A stretch of DNA of 63,945 nt, counting the filler, from Octopus bimaculoides (Eukaryota), in NCBI RefSeq assembly GCF_001194135.2. It is 5 parts of 5 records of this genome, joined end to end, with 100 filler letters (N's around TTAATTAATTAA, not from the genome) between each part and the next. Parts side by side here need not be neighbours in the genome. Positions count along the whole stretch, not along the records: positions 1 to 12,197 come from NC_069004.1; 4 more parts are not named here. One strand, written 5' to 3'. Position 1 is the first letter of the stretch, and the number at the start of each line of letters is the position of its first letter. This document shows, piece by piece, positions 1-11,617 of this stretch. The position numbers and the translations under genes were made by a program. The notes beneath the pieces are model-generated. The model ran no database searches. It worked only from the letters and a program-made list of their open reading frames with translations, and was not told the DNA's origin.

Positions 1-591
1 ATATATATATATATATATATACATACACATATATATATGCACATAGATGGTTAGATAGATAGATAGATAGATTTTAGAATATCTATTCTTATACTTGGAT
101 AGAGCAGACGATAAACAAATTGCTTCGCACGATACACAAACTTAATTTTATTTATTTATTCAGAAAGGAATAATAATTCTGTAAATATTAACCATTAACT
201 ACAGAATGAGAGACGCTGCGCATGTAAACATGAGAAATTCTCCGAAGAACCATCGGCGGGGAAGGGTTGGGTTTGGGAGCGGGCGTTCGGTGATTCATTG
301 ATTTATAGTTTTCCATTAGGAACAGATGTAGATTCTGCAAGAGTAAATACTTCTCGAAGAGTCTTGTAGTAGTTAATTTCAAATCGAAATGTCTTTTGCT
401 CTGTGTATATTTAGCAGCAAACGTGATTTGTAAAATTCACAATAAAAACTATGGTAGGAGTGCAGAATCTCAAATGACAATATCATATATTTTGTACTTG
501 TTTTAATATTTTTTATTTCATTATTTATTCATATTTGTTTATTTATATATTTATTTATTATTATTGTTGTTGGTATTATTATCATCATCAC

Positions 592-641
<50 letters not shown>

Positions 642-765
642 CCATCATCGTCATTATTATTATTATTAAATCAGCGAGCTGGCAGAATTGGTAACACGCC
701 ACGTAAAATGCTAAGCGGTATTTCATTCGTCTTTACGTTGAGTTCAAATTAGTAGTAGTAGTGGC

Positions 766-810
<45 letters not shown>

Positions 811-1188
811 TGTAGTAGTAGTAGTAGTAGTAGTGAGACTGTTTGTTTGATAAATCCCTCTGCAGCAATTGACTAATACAGTGTTATGGTAATCATGAAC
901 GAAGTTAAATACGGCGGAGCGTATGGCTATATAATTACTTAGAGACACGATCAGCATGAAAGCCATTCGAGCCGTGTGTTAAAGGGTTTGCTTCCCAACC
1001 ACATAGTTTTTCGGCTTCGCTCAGTGTCTCTGGGCATTCTCGGCACTGAATAGACCAAATAAGATTGAAACATTGGTGTCTAACAATCTACCGATGACAT
1101 TCTGGTCGTGATCTGTGTATTTTAGTTCGCAGATCTCCTTCTGAAGTTTTTCTGGGACAGAATGTTACAGCTAGTGCCGTTCAAGTCT

Positions 1189-1223
<35 letters not shown>

Positions 1224-1227
<4 letters not shown>

Positions 1228-1478
1228 GAGAATATACAAATAATAACAACAGACGAGGATAGGNNNNNNNNNNNNNNNNNNNNNNNNNNNNNNNNNNNNN
1301 NNNNNNNNNNNNNNNNNAGAATATACAAATAATAACAACAGACGAGGACAGGTGGTGTAAATAACAAAAGTATATATTAGTATGACGCTCGGGAATACGG
1401 AAAGTCTTTGACGTTTCGAGCTACGCTCTTCAACAGAAAGAATACGGAGACAAGGAGAAAAACACGGAGAAAAAAAAT

Positions 1479-1512
<34 letters not shown>

Positions 1513-1700
1513 TTCAAGCTTACAGAAAACAAAAGACGACAGCAGGTGAGGAAACACCAGGCAGGTACATTAGTTTAACACTCGGGAAGAATGAAAAAGT
1601 CTTTGATGTTTCGAGCCTACGCTCTTCGACAGAAAGGATTCAGACGAAAAAAACTGAGTGAGGACGAAAAAAAAAAAAGAGTGAGGAAAAGGTGTTGGTA
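1224..1700 (-). mobile_element. Two tandem ~200-bp monomers of a (TA)n-associated short element carrying a hammerhead-like motif (Penelope-derived/retrozyme-like)
   Basis: Diverged monomers are each preceded by (TA)n and share TTAG..ACGCTCGGGAA...AAAGTCTTTGA(C/T)GTTTCGAGC(C)TACGCTCTTC.ACAGAAAG. Further copies at 5113-5190 (+, truncated) and about 20995-21185 (-). Confidence 0.65.
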
Positions 1701-2710
1701 TTTACGGTTCAACAGGATAAAATGTCTGTGTGTGTGTGTGTGTGTTGTGTATTGCCTTTGTTTCCTCGCCACCGTTTGACAAACGGTGTTTGTTTGTTTA
1801 CGTCCCTGCATTTAACGGCTGGGGAAAAACTGATAAAATAGAAGCCAGGTTTGAAATAGAATAAGTACTGTGGTCGATTTGTTCAAGTAAATATTTGATG
1901 GTGGTGCCCCAGTATGACCGTAGTCCAATGATGGAAACAAGTGAAATAAGCTAAAAGTTCAACTAGAAAAATGGGGATTGAGCAAGAATTTCTAAAGTGG
2001 CATAGATAAAGTGTGAAATTATTGAAGAGACTTTTGAAATGAAAATAGATAAATTAGAAGCGAAAGTTCGTTTGAGTTTGGTCGAATAATGATAAGTGGT
2101 AAGCGAATGTGAAGAGAGAGGCGTGATGCAGTCTGGCATTTGTGAAGAGAAACATGAAGGTGTTGGTAGTTATATAGGAGAGATGCGGTATAGGTTGACA
2201 GTTGTGGAGAGAGAGAGATACAGAGATTGGAAGAGGGAGAGTAGGGAGAGGGAGAGGGAGCGGTGAGGAAGAGTAAGGAGGGATGCAATGGGGAGAGAAA
2301 CATAAAGGGGTTGGTAGTTATGTAGGGGAAATGTGGTATAGGTTGGCAGTTGTGGAGAGAGAGAGAAAGAGAGAGATTGGAAGAGAGAGAGAGAGAGGAA
2401 GAAAGGGAGGGAGAGAAGGAGGGAGAGAATGTGGAAAGTGAAGAGAGAGAATCGGATAGACGATGGGGAGAGAAAATGGAGAACGAGGGTTGGGAGAGAG
2501 TGAGTGGTGAGGGAGATAGGTAGGGGGATAAGGAGAGAGAGAGAGAGAGAGAGTAGGGGAGAGAGAGGGTGGGGAGGAAGAGTAGGGAGGAAAGGAATGA
2601 GGAGAGAGTTGTTGTAAGAGAAAAACGTGAGAGAGGGGGAGGAGGAGAATGGTGGAGGTGAAAGTGGAGGAGGCGAAATAATTGATAATAATAAGGCTAA
2701 GGAGACGGAG

Positions 2711-2776
2711 GAGAAGAAGAAGAAGGAGGAGAAGAAGAAGAAGAAGAAGAAGAAGAAGAAGAAGAAGAAGAAGAAG

Positions 2777-2806
<30 letters not shown>
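2711..2806 (+). repeat. (GAA)n microsatellite within a purine-rich tract
   Basis: Directly visible. Confidence 0.95.
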
Positions 2807-2807
<1 letters not shown>

Positions 2808-3270
2808 GGTAGTAATAGTAATAGTAGTAGTAGTAGTAGTAGTAGTAGCAGCAGCAGACAATGCAGAAATATCTACAAGAAAGAATGAAAGTGTTGCATG
2901 GATGATGGTAAATGATTCGTTTCAATGACGTGATTCGAATTTGGAAATTGAAAATGAGGGAAAATGATGAGGTTGGTGTGAAAGTTTATACGTTAATATA
3001 ACAGTTTGGCTTGAGGCTGCGAGCTGGAAGAATCATTAGCGCGCCGGGGGGGAAAATGCTTAGAAGAATTTCGTCCTTCGTTATGTTCTGATTTCAAATT
3101 CCGCTGAAGTCGACTTTGCCTTTTATCTCCTTCTGGGTCGATAAAAGAAGTACAAGTTGAGCATTTGATCTAATCAAATTACCCTACATCTCCCGACATT
3201 GCTGCCCTTGTGCCAAAATTTTAAACCATCGTTACACCGTGATGTAGGGGTATTACATTAAGAAACTAGA

Positions 3271-3313
<43 letters not shown>

Positions 3314-3498
3314 CGATGAGCTTCTTACAGTTTCCCTCTGCCAAATCCACTCTTGAAGTTTGGGACTGCTCGGAGCTATAGTAGAAGGAATAGACCGAAG
3401 GTGTCACACGGCGAGACTGAACCCGGACACATTTGGCTGGGAAGCTAACATCTTACCACACAGCCATTTAATATTTGTTTAATATAGAGTGCATTAAG

Positions 3499-3719
3499 GG
3501 CAGCGAGCTGGCAGAATCGTTAGCACGCCGGGCGAAATGCTTCGCGGTATTTCGTCTGTCGTTACGTTTTGAGTTCAAATTCCGCCGAAGTCGACTTTGT
3601 CTTTTGTCCTTTCGGGGTCGATTAAATAAGTACCAGTTACGCACTGGGGTCGACTTAATCCGTTTGCCTGTCCTTGTTTGTCCGCTTTGTGTTTCGCCCC
3701 TTGTGGGCAATAAAGAAAT
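3499..3719 (+). mobile_element. tRNA-derived SINE family A (GGCAGCGAGCTGGCAGAATCGTTAGC head), near-complete copy
   Basis: A/B-box-like head (TGGCAGAATCGTTAG; GAGTTCAAATTCC). Related copies at about 672-750 (+), 3016-3222 (+), 11322-11493 (-), 13252-13442 (-), 33560-33750 (-), 53832-54042 (-), 58528-58580 (+). Confidence 0.8.
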
Positions 3720-5216
3720 GAATATAGAGTCTATTTACCAAGGCGACCACCCTATCCATTTAAGTCTTCTAAATATAGAACCAGACATTTTAGTTGTTGA
3801 GGAAGGCCAAAACAGTCACCAGTAATAATTGGACGAATGTCTTTGAGGTTATGATATAGCTACAAGAAAACAACTTGTACAGCGTTTAGTGCCACTTTAG
3901 TTAATACTTATTAAACATTAATCATAAATAATCGAAGACAATAGAAAATATAGAACGTGAATGATAGATATGATCATTGATCTAAGTGAAAGCAACATAA
4001 ATTATCCTCGTATTATGTTATATTTGTGTCAGTCATTGAACTGCGCCCATGCACAAATCGATCCCAGTACGTATTTTTCTTTTAATTCCAGCGATTATCC
4101 TATTGGCTTATTTTGCCTAACCGCTTGGTTACAGAACCTTAGACAAAGCAATGCCGGTGGTCAAGCGGTGGTGCGAAACAAATTCAGACACAAAGACAAT
4201 ACATTCAGACGTACATACACACGGATACACACACACATACATACACGTGTGTGTGTTGGCACTCCGTCGCTTACGACGTCGAGGGTTCCAGTTGATCCGA
4301 TCAACGGAACAGCCTGCTCGTGAAATTAACGTGCAAGTGACTGAGCACTCCACAGACACGTGTACCCTTAACATAGTTCTCGGGGATATTCAGCATGACA
4401 CNNNNNNNNNNNNNNNNNNNNNNNNNNNNNNNNNNNNNNNNNNNNNNNNNNNNNNNNNNNNNNNNNNNNNNNNNNNNNNNNNNNNNNNNNNNNNNNNNNN
4501 NNNNNNNNNNNNNNNNNNNNNNNNNNNNNNNNNNNNNNNNNNNNNNNNNNNNNNNNNNNNNNNNNNNNNNNNNNNNNNNNNNNNNNNNNNNNNNNNNNNN
4601 NNNNNNNNNNNNNNNNNNNNNNNNNNNNNNNNNNNNNNNNNNNNNNNNNNNNNNNNNNNNNNNNNNNNNNNNNNNNNNNNNNNNNNNNNNNNNNNNNNNN
4701 NNNNNNNNNNNNNNNNNNNNNNNNNNNNNNNNNNNNNNNNNNNNNNNNNNNNNNNNNNNNNNNNNNNNNNNNNNNNNNNNNNNNNNNNNNNNNNNNNNNN
4801 NNNNNNNNNNNNNNNNNNNNNNNNNNNNNNNNNNNNNNNNNNNNNNNNNNNNNNNNNNNNNNNNNNNNNNNNNNNNNNNNNNNNNNNNNNNNNNNNNNNN
4901 NNNNNNNNNNNNNNNNNNNNNNNNNNNNNNNNNNNNNNNNNNNNNNNNNNNNNNNNNNNNNNNNNNNNNNNNNNNNNNNNNNNNNNNNNNNNNNNNNNNN
5001 NNNNNNNNNNNNNNNNNNNNNNNNNNNNNNNNNNNNNNNNNNNNNNNNNNNNNNNNNNNNNNNNNNNNNNNNNNNNNNNNNNNNNNNNNNNNNNNNNNNN
5101 NNNNNNNNNNNNGATAGATCGCTAACCACGACACATTTTTTCTCTCCTTATTTATCTTGTTTCTTTCTGTATTCCATTCTGTGGAAGAGCATATATACAT
5201 ATATATATATACATAC

Positions 5217-5261
<45 letters not shown>

Positions 5262-5529
5262 TGTGTGTGTGTAAGGAATATGAAGGAAAGAATCTTAAGG
5301 ATTCATAGATTAATCGATCGAATAGTTTCGAGAATAGTATGAAATGTAAAATAAACATCTACAAGGAACAAAACATTTATTGAACAACAATAGTTACAAA
5401 AACGTTCTATAAAAAAAGCAGTGATAGGGGAAAAAGGAGCAATGATAATAGATAGTATTGACTACAACAGCTTTTATATTGTAAATACAAGAACGTAGAT
5501 GAAAACAAGAAGGGAAAGGGATCCTTTAA

Positions 5530-5955
5530 GGACATGAAAATATGATAAAACTTTGTGAGATACAAGATAGAAATGGAAATGGTATGGTATGTTAACGACC
5601 CGAAGCTGTATTTGATTTTAGCGACCCGTAATTATACTTTACTTAGCATTGCAAAACAGCGGGTGAAAAATACTTTCAGGACATGGAAATGCAATAAATT
5701 GCTAGAAATACATGAAGATAGAGATGAAAATGGTATGTTACGTCAACAACCCGAAGCTGTATTTGATTTTAGCGACCCATAATTATACTTTATTTAGCAA
5801 TGCAAAACAGCGGGGGAAAAAAATACTTTCAGGACATGGAAATGTAATAAACTGCAAGAGATACAAGAAGATAGAGATGATAAAAGTACGTTATATTAAT
5901 GACCCAAAGCTGTGTTTGATTTTAGCGACCCGTAATTATACTTTATTTTCGTGAT
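5530..5955 (+). repeat. ~150-bp tandem repeat, about 3 copies
   Basis: GGACATG(G/A)AAAT recurs at about 5530, 5679 and 5832. Each unit contains GACCCGAAGCTGTATTTGATTTTAGCGACCCGTAATTATACTTTA. Confidence 0.85.
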
Positions 5956-6518
5956 GCAAGATTTGTATTTTATTTATCGAGCGAACAAAGAGTGATTAAC
6001 TCTGGAGTGGCAGAAACAGTAGAACACATATATTCCGAGAAATATTTTTAATTTCCGCAAATATATTTTATTCGCGAGATTCGTCTTTCACTTTATCGAT
6101 TTTAGCCTGCTGCTTTATCTTCTCAACTGAAGGTTTGTGATGCTTTTAATAACCCTAGATTATAGTTTATTTATCGACCCAAGACTGTAGTTAGTTTTAG
6201 TGACCCATATTCTACTTTATTTTAGCACAAGATTTCTACTTCATTTTATCGATTCGATGTTGCATTTTTAACTTAGCAACCAAAGGCTGTACTTCGTTTT
6301 AGTAGTCGAAGATTGAACTTCTTTTATCGATCCAAGACTGTTTTCTTGGATCAATGTTGTTAAGGCACGGTACTTATAGGACTCCAGCCAATATTTCTTT
6401 CGTTACCTTTTTAAAAAAGTAAGGCGGCGTGGACACCTACATTTTCCAGTACAATATATTTCATCAATCGGAGACTTGTACTTTATTTTAGCGACCCAAC
6501 ATTATATTTTATTTCAGT

Positions 6519-7150
6519 AGGCGTAGGAGTGGCTGTGTGGTAAGTAGCTTGCTTACCAACCACATGGTTCCGGGTTCAGTCCCACTGCGTGGCACCTTGG
6601 GCAAGTGTCTTCTACTATAGCCNNNNNNNNNNNNNNNNNNNNNNNNNNNNNNNNNNNNNNNNNNNNNNNNNNNNNNNNNNNNNNNNNNNNNNNNNNNNNN
6701 NNNNNNNNNNNNNNNNNNNNNNNNNNNNNNNNNNNNNNNNNNNNNNNNNNNNNNNNNNNNNNNNNNNNNNNNNNNNNNNNNNNNNNNNNNNNNNNNNNNN
6801 NNNNNNNNNNNNNNNNNNNNNNNNNNNNNNNNNNNNNNNNNNNNNNNNNNNNNNNNNNNNNNNNNNNNNNNNNNNNNNNNNNNNNNNNNNNNNNNNNNNN
6901 NNNNNNNNNNAGCCCGTCATATATATGTATGTGTGTGTATATGTTTGCGTGTCTGTGTTTGTCCCCCCAACATCGCTTGACAACCGATGTTGGTGTGTTT
7001 ACGTCTCCGTAACTTAGCGGTTCGGCAAAAGACACCGATAGAATAAGTACTAGGCTTCCAAAGAATAAGTCCTGGGGTCGATTTGTTCGACTAAAGGTGG
7101 TGCTCCAGCATGGCCACAGTCAAATAACAGAAACAAGTAAAAGAGTAAAG
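6519..7150 (+). mobile_element. SINE family B (GGCGCAGGAGTGGCTGTGTGGTAAG head, internal microsatellite, CAGTCAAATGACTGAAACAAGTAAAAGAG-type tail)
   Basis: Head and tail flank an N gap. Related copies at about 1730-1945, 3312-3466 (-), 7453-7620 (+), 10075-10203 (-), 12298-12628 (-), 20838-21485 (+), 42625-42765 (-), 51178-51430 (+), 61799-62158 (+). Confidence 0.85.
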
Positions 7151-8775
7151 AGTACAATATTTGTACTTTATTTTATCGACCCATGGCTTTTTCTTTATCT
7201 TAACACAATAAGGTTGTACTTTATTTCGCGATCCAACATTGTGCTTCATTTAATCGATTGACACTATATTTTAGAAACTGGAAATTGTATTGTGTCTTAT
7301 CGATCGGAAAATTTGTATTCATTTAATTGACATAAAATCCTTGTTCATTTTACCGAACCGCGACTTCTATTATATTGTGTTCTGTCTATTATTTATTGAT
7401 CCATGTCTGCTATTTTATTTCATCGACCCCAAAAATTTATTTTATTAACATAGGCGCAGGAGTGGCTGTGTGGTAAGTAGCTTGCTTCCCAACCACATGG
7501 TCCTGGGTTCAGTCCCACTGCGTGGCACCTTGGGCAAATGTCTTCTACTATAACCTCGGGACGACCAAACCCTTGTGAGTGGATTTGGTAGACAGAAACT
7601 GAAAGAAGCCCGTCGTATATGTATATATATATATATATATATATNNNNNNNNNNNNNNNNNNNNNNNNNNNNNNNNNNNNNNNNNNNNNNNNNNNNNNNN
7701 NNNNNNNNNNNNNNNNNNNNNNNNNNNNNNNNNNNNNNNNNNNNNNNNNNNNNNNNNNNNNNNNNNNNNNNNNNNNNNNNNNNNNNNNNNNNNNNNNNNN
7801 NNNNNNNNNNNNNNNNNNNNNNNNNNNNNNNNNNNNNNNNNNNNNNNNNNNNNNNNNNNNNNNNNNNNNNNNNNNNNNNNNNNNNNNNNNCCTTCAGATT
7901 AGATCCTTTTGCCCTAGTTAGAAGCACAATTGGATGATGCAGTCTTACATACAAAAAGAGTGAAAGAATATGTAGTGGCCACAGAAGGAGCGCTTTTAAT
8001 CGTAAGTCTGATAAAAAATGAAGAGTTAATCGGAGGATAAGCATCTTCAGCAACACAATATGAAACAATATGAACTTAAAAGGAGAATACAAAATAAAGA
8101 TGGGTATAAGATGTGACCCAGGTAAGAATATTTGAAATGTAAAATATGTTTTGAACTCAGCAAAAATGAAATTAAAAAAAAAATAAGTGTGAAAAAAGCA
8201 AAAAAATTGATGTTTAATGAAAGAAACGAGTTCAAAGACATAGCAGAAACATTGCTACAGCAAGTTAGTGCTAAATATCACACATTTATTGGTTGAGAAA
8301 GAACAGAAACATTTATTAGAAAATAAAACGTTGCAAAAAGGATACAAAAGGACTTTGGGAAAAAGTATTGAACAGAAAGAATGTATAATTAGTGTAAAAA
8401 GAAAACTGATACAATAACAAAACTGGAATTATAAAAAAAAAAAGAAAAACGAATTTGAGAGAAGAAAAAAAAAAGCGAATACGCATAAAGAAAAAAAATG
8501 GAAGTTATAAGGTGAAAAGAAATGGTCGAATTAGCGACATTAAAAAGAGAACCACATGTGAAAACGAGGAATTTACAATGCTAAATAGTGCAAAAGAAAA
8601 AAAAGTGACAAGTTGATGTGTTGCTGGAAGGAACTGGGTAGGGAGGGCGTGGGGGTGAGTGGGTGGGTTAGATTCATTACGTCAAATAACCAGACACACA
8701 ATTACGCTTCCGATGACAGTTAAAGGTATTGCAGGAGCGAGAGAACGAGTGTGCTGATATATGCGCGGGAAGAGC

Positions 8776-9750
8776 GAACGACAGTTGCTGTAAGAATGGT
8801 GGTGGGGGCGGGCGGGCGGTGACGATATATGGAAGCACATAATTGCCTTGATATACAGACGCGTTCAAAACTATATGTTCATAGACACACAATCAAAACT
8901 CAAAGATATGCACGCATAGATAAACGCGCACATGCACATACACGCACGCACATATATAGAGATACACACGAACATGTATTTGTATAAAGAAAACGACAGT
9001 TGTTGAGGCGTTGGAGTGAGGTGGGGTGGAGCGGCTGATATATGGAAGCACACAATTACCTTGATATACAGATGCGTTCAAAACTGTACATACATAGACA
9101 CACACAAATCTCAAAGATATGCACGCATAGATACAGGCACGCACGCATACACACACACGCACTTATATAGATACACACTCGTACATGCATTTATAAAGAA
9201 AACAATTGTTGAGATGAAGGGGAAGATATATGGAAGCACACAACTTTCCTGTTACACATACATACAAACCTACACGTACATGGATACACACGCACACACA
9301 AACGCTAAGATATGTACACATGCACACACAAATACACACACATACACAAGCCTATACGTACAAGGAAACACGCACACACAAACACAAAGATATGCATACA
9401 CACACACACATACATGAATATAAATACACACACAAACCTACACGTACATTGAAACACGCACACACAAACACAGCGATATGCACACACACACACACGCACG
9501 CAAATACATACACACATGAATACACACAGAGACAAACCTACACGTACATTGAAACATGCACACACAAACACAAAGATATGCACAGACACACACACAAATA
9601 CACACACACATACACATACACATACACACACACATGAATATACACACACACAAACCTACACGTACATTGAAACAGGCACACGCACACACACACACACACA
9701 CACAAATGAATACACACACACGCGCGTACAAATACACACGCACGTACAAA
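8776..9750 (+). repeat. Compound satellite: ~210-bp unit (about 2.3 copies), then ~85-120-bp (CA)-rich unit (about 5 copies)
   Basis: GATATATGGAAGCACA occurs three times. CAAACCTACACGTACATTGAAAC...AAAGATATGCAC is repeated. Confidence 0.8.
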
Positions 9751-10725
9751 CAATTATGTAAATTACTTTATTTTCATCATTGCCAATACAATTAAAAAAG
9801 AATCTTCAAATTCAACAGAGAAATAGAACATCTTTCACGGAAAATAGTAAAACATTAACATCACATCATCTAAAACTTCAGTGCCAGCAGGAATATGAAG
9901 ACACATCGCGTTTACATTAAGGTAAGCCGGAGTAATGGGAAGCGATATTCCATGTGTAGAGACACAACACGCCGCCCGGTTTATCTAACCACTAAGCCAT
10001 GCACTATCTTATAAACCGGTAGCCTCAAAATCTAAAAACTAAACCAAGCACCAATGTGTAATTATATATACATACATACGACGAGCTTCTTTCAGTTTCC
10101 ATTAACCAAATCCACTCACAAGGCTTTAGTCTGTCCGAGGTTACAATAGAAGCCACTTGCCCAAGATGCCACGCAGTTGGACTGAACCCGGAACCATGTG
10201 GTTNNNNNNNNNNATATATATATATATGAGTGTGCATCTATGTGGGTGTTTGTTTGTGTGTGTGTGCTCTGGTTAATGCATGTATAATATGCATTTATAC
10301 TCATAAGTATGTTATACATTTTCATAATTGTATATACAAATGAATTTTTTATACGCACGTGTACTTGTGCATTTTTCAATACATGTGCTTGATTCTCCAA
10401 TATAATTCCCCATATTCTGCCAAAGGAACCCTAGGAATCTAATATTCGAAACCAATCAGTAAACGCCACATTACCTATTAGCTTTATAATTTAGTTTTAG
10501 GGTCAGAAAATTTCTCTTTCTCTCCGGTATTCTTTTCCTTACTTTGTTATATATTTTCTTTGCTTCGTGTTACTTTTGTGCTTCCGTACTTTCTCGTCCG
10601 TAACTTTCATTGAACGTCATTAATCCTTAACGCCCCCTCCCCCTCGTTTTTCTCATTTAAATAGCTTTTTTTTTCCCTCATCATTATTTGGTGCAGTGAC
10701 TATCGAAGGATATAAAAAGAATTAA

Positions 10726-10837
<112 letters not shown>

Positions 10838-11098
10838 GGTGTCTTTTGCAGTTGTTGGTGTTATGCTTTTATAACTGTAAGTCAAAGAAACTTTTGAAAT
10901 ATATGCGATTATTTNNNNNNNNNNNNNNNNNNNNNNNNNNNNNNNNNNNNNNNNNNNNNNNNNNNNNNNNNNNNNNNNNNNNNNNNNNNNNNNNNNNNNN
11001 NNNNNNNNNNNNNNNNNNNNNNNNNNNNNNNNNNNNNNNNNNNNNNNNNNNNNNNNNNNNNNNNNNNNNNNNTATATATATATATATATATATATGTG

Positions 11099-11137
<39 letters not shown>

Positions 11138-11534
11138 TTATACACACCCACACAGACAGAGGCACACATACACACGTACACACACACACACATACGCACA
11201 CATATACACACACAAACATACACAACTGCTAACTGCTATAAACTACTTTCACTAAAATTCTGACAGCTCGTCGAATTATTAAAAAGAAAACAAATGATAA
11301 TGTAATTTTGCAAGAGGCGAATAAGTCGATTACATCGACCCCAGTGCCCAGCTGGTACTTATTCTATCGACCCCCACGAAAGGTTGAATTACGATGTCGA
11401 CCTTGGCGGCATTTGAACTCAGAACGTAACGACGGACGAAATTCCGATAAGTCCTTTGTCCGTCATTCTGACGATTATACCAGCTCGCTGCCTTGCTACT
11501 ACTACTACTATTACTACAACTGCTTCTGCTGCTG

Positions 11535-11617
<83 letters not shown>

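Noticed and set aside
1224-1350. Direct repeat AGAATATACAAATAATAACAACAGACGAGGA on both sides of a small gap
   Set aside because: Most simply explained as overlapping contig ends that were not merged.
2170-2925. 251-aa ORF and other poly-His/Thr, Val/Cys, Tyr/Ile, Lys, Arg ORFs
   Set aside because: They are translations of microsatellites and purine tracts, which lack stops for compositional reasons.
3499-3590. Bona fide tRNA genes at SINE heads
   Set aside because: A/B-box-like heads continue into shared non-tRNA SINE bodies, and I could not build a complete cloverleaf.
4151-5218. Longest ORFs in the track (240-324 aa), and similar ones at 6553-7035, 7445-8092, 13602-14302, 47816-48325
   Set aside because: They are read-through of N gaps, not sequence.
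7890-8600. A-rich, Lys-rich broken frames resembling a LINE ORF
   Set aside because: No diagnostic motif recognised; may be low-complexity sequence.
8776-9750. CRISPR-like or coding interpretation of regularly spaced repeats (also 5530-7440)
   Set aside because: Eukaryotic context, spacers are mutually similar, and there are no cas genes. These are satellites.
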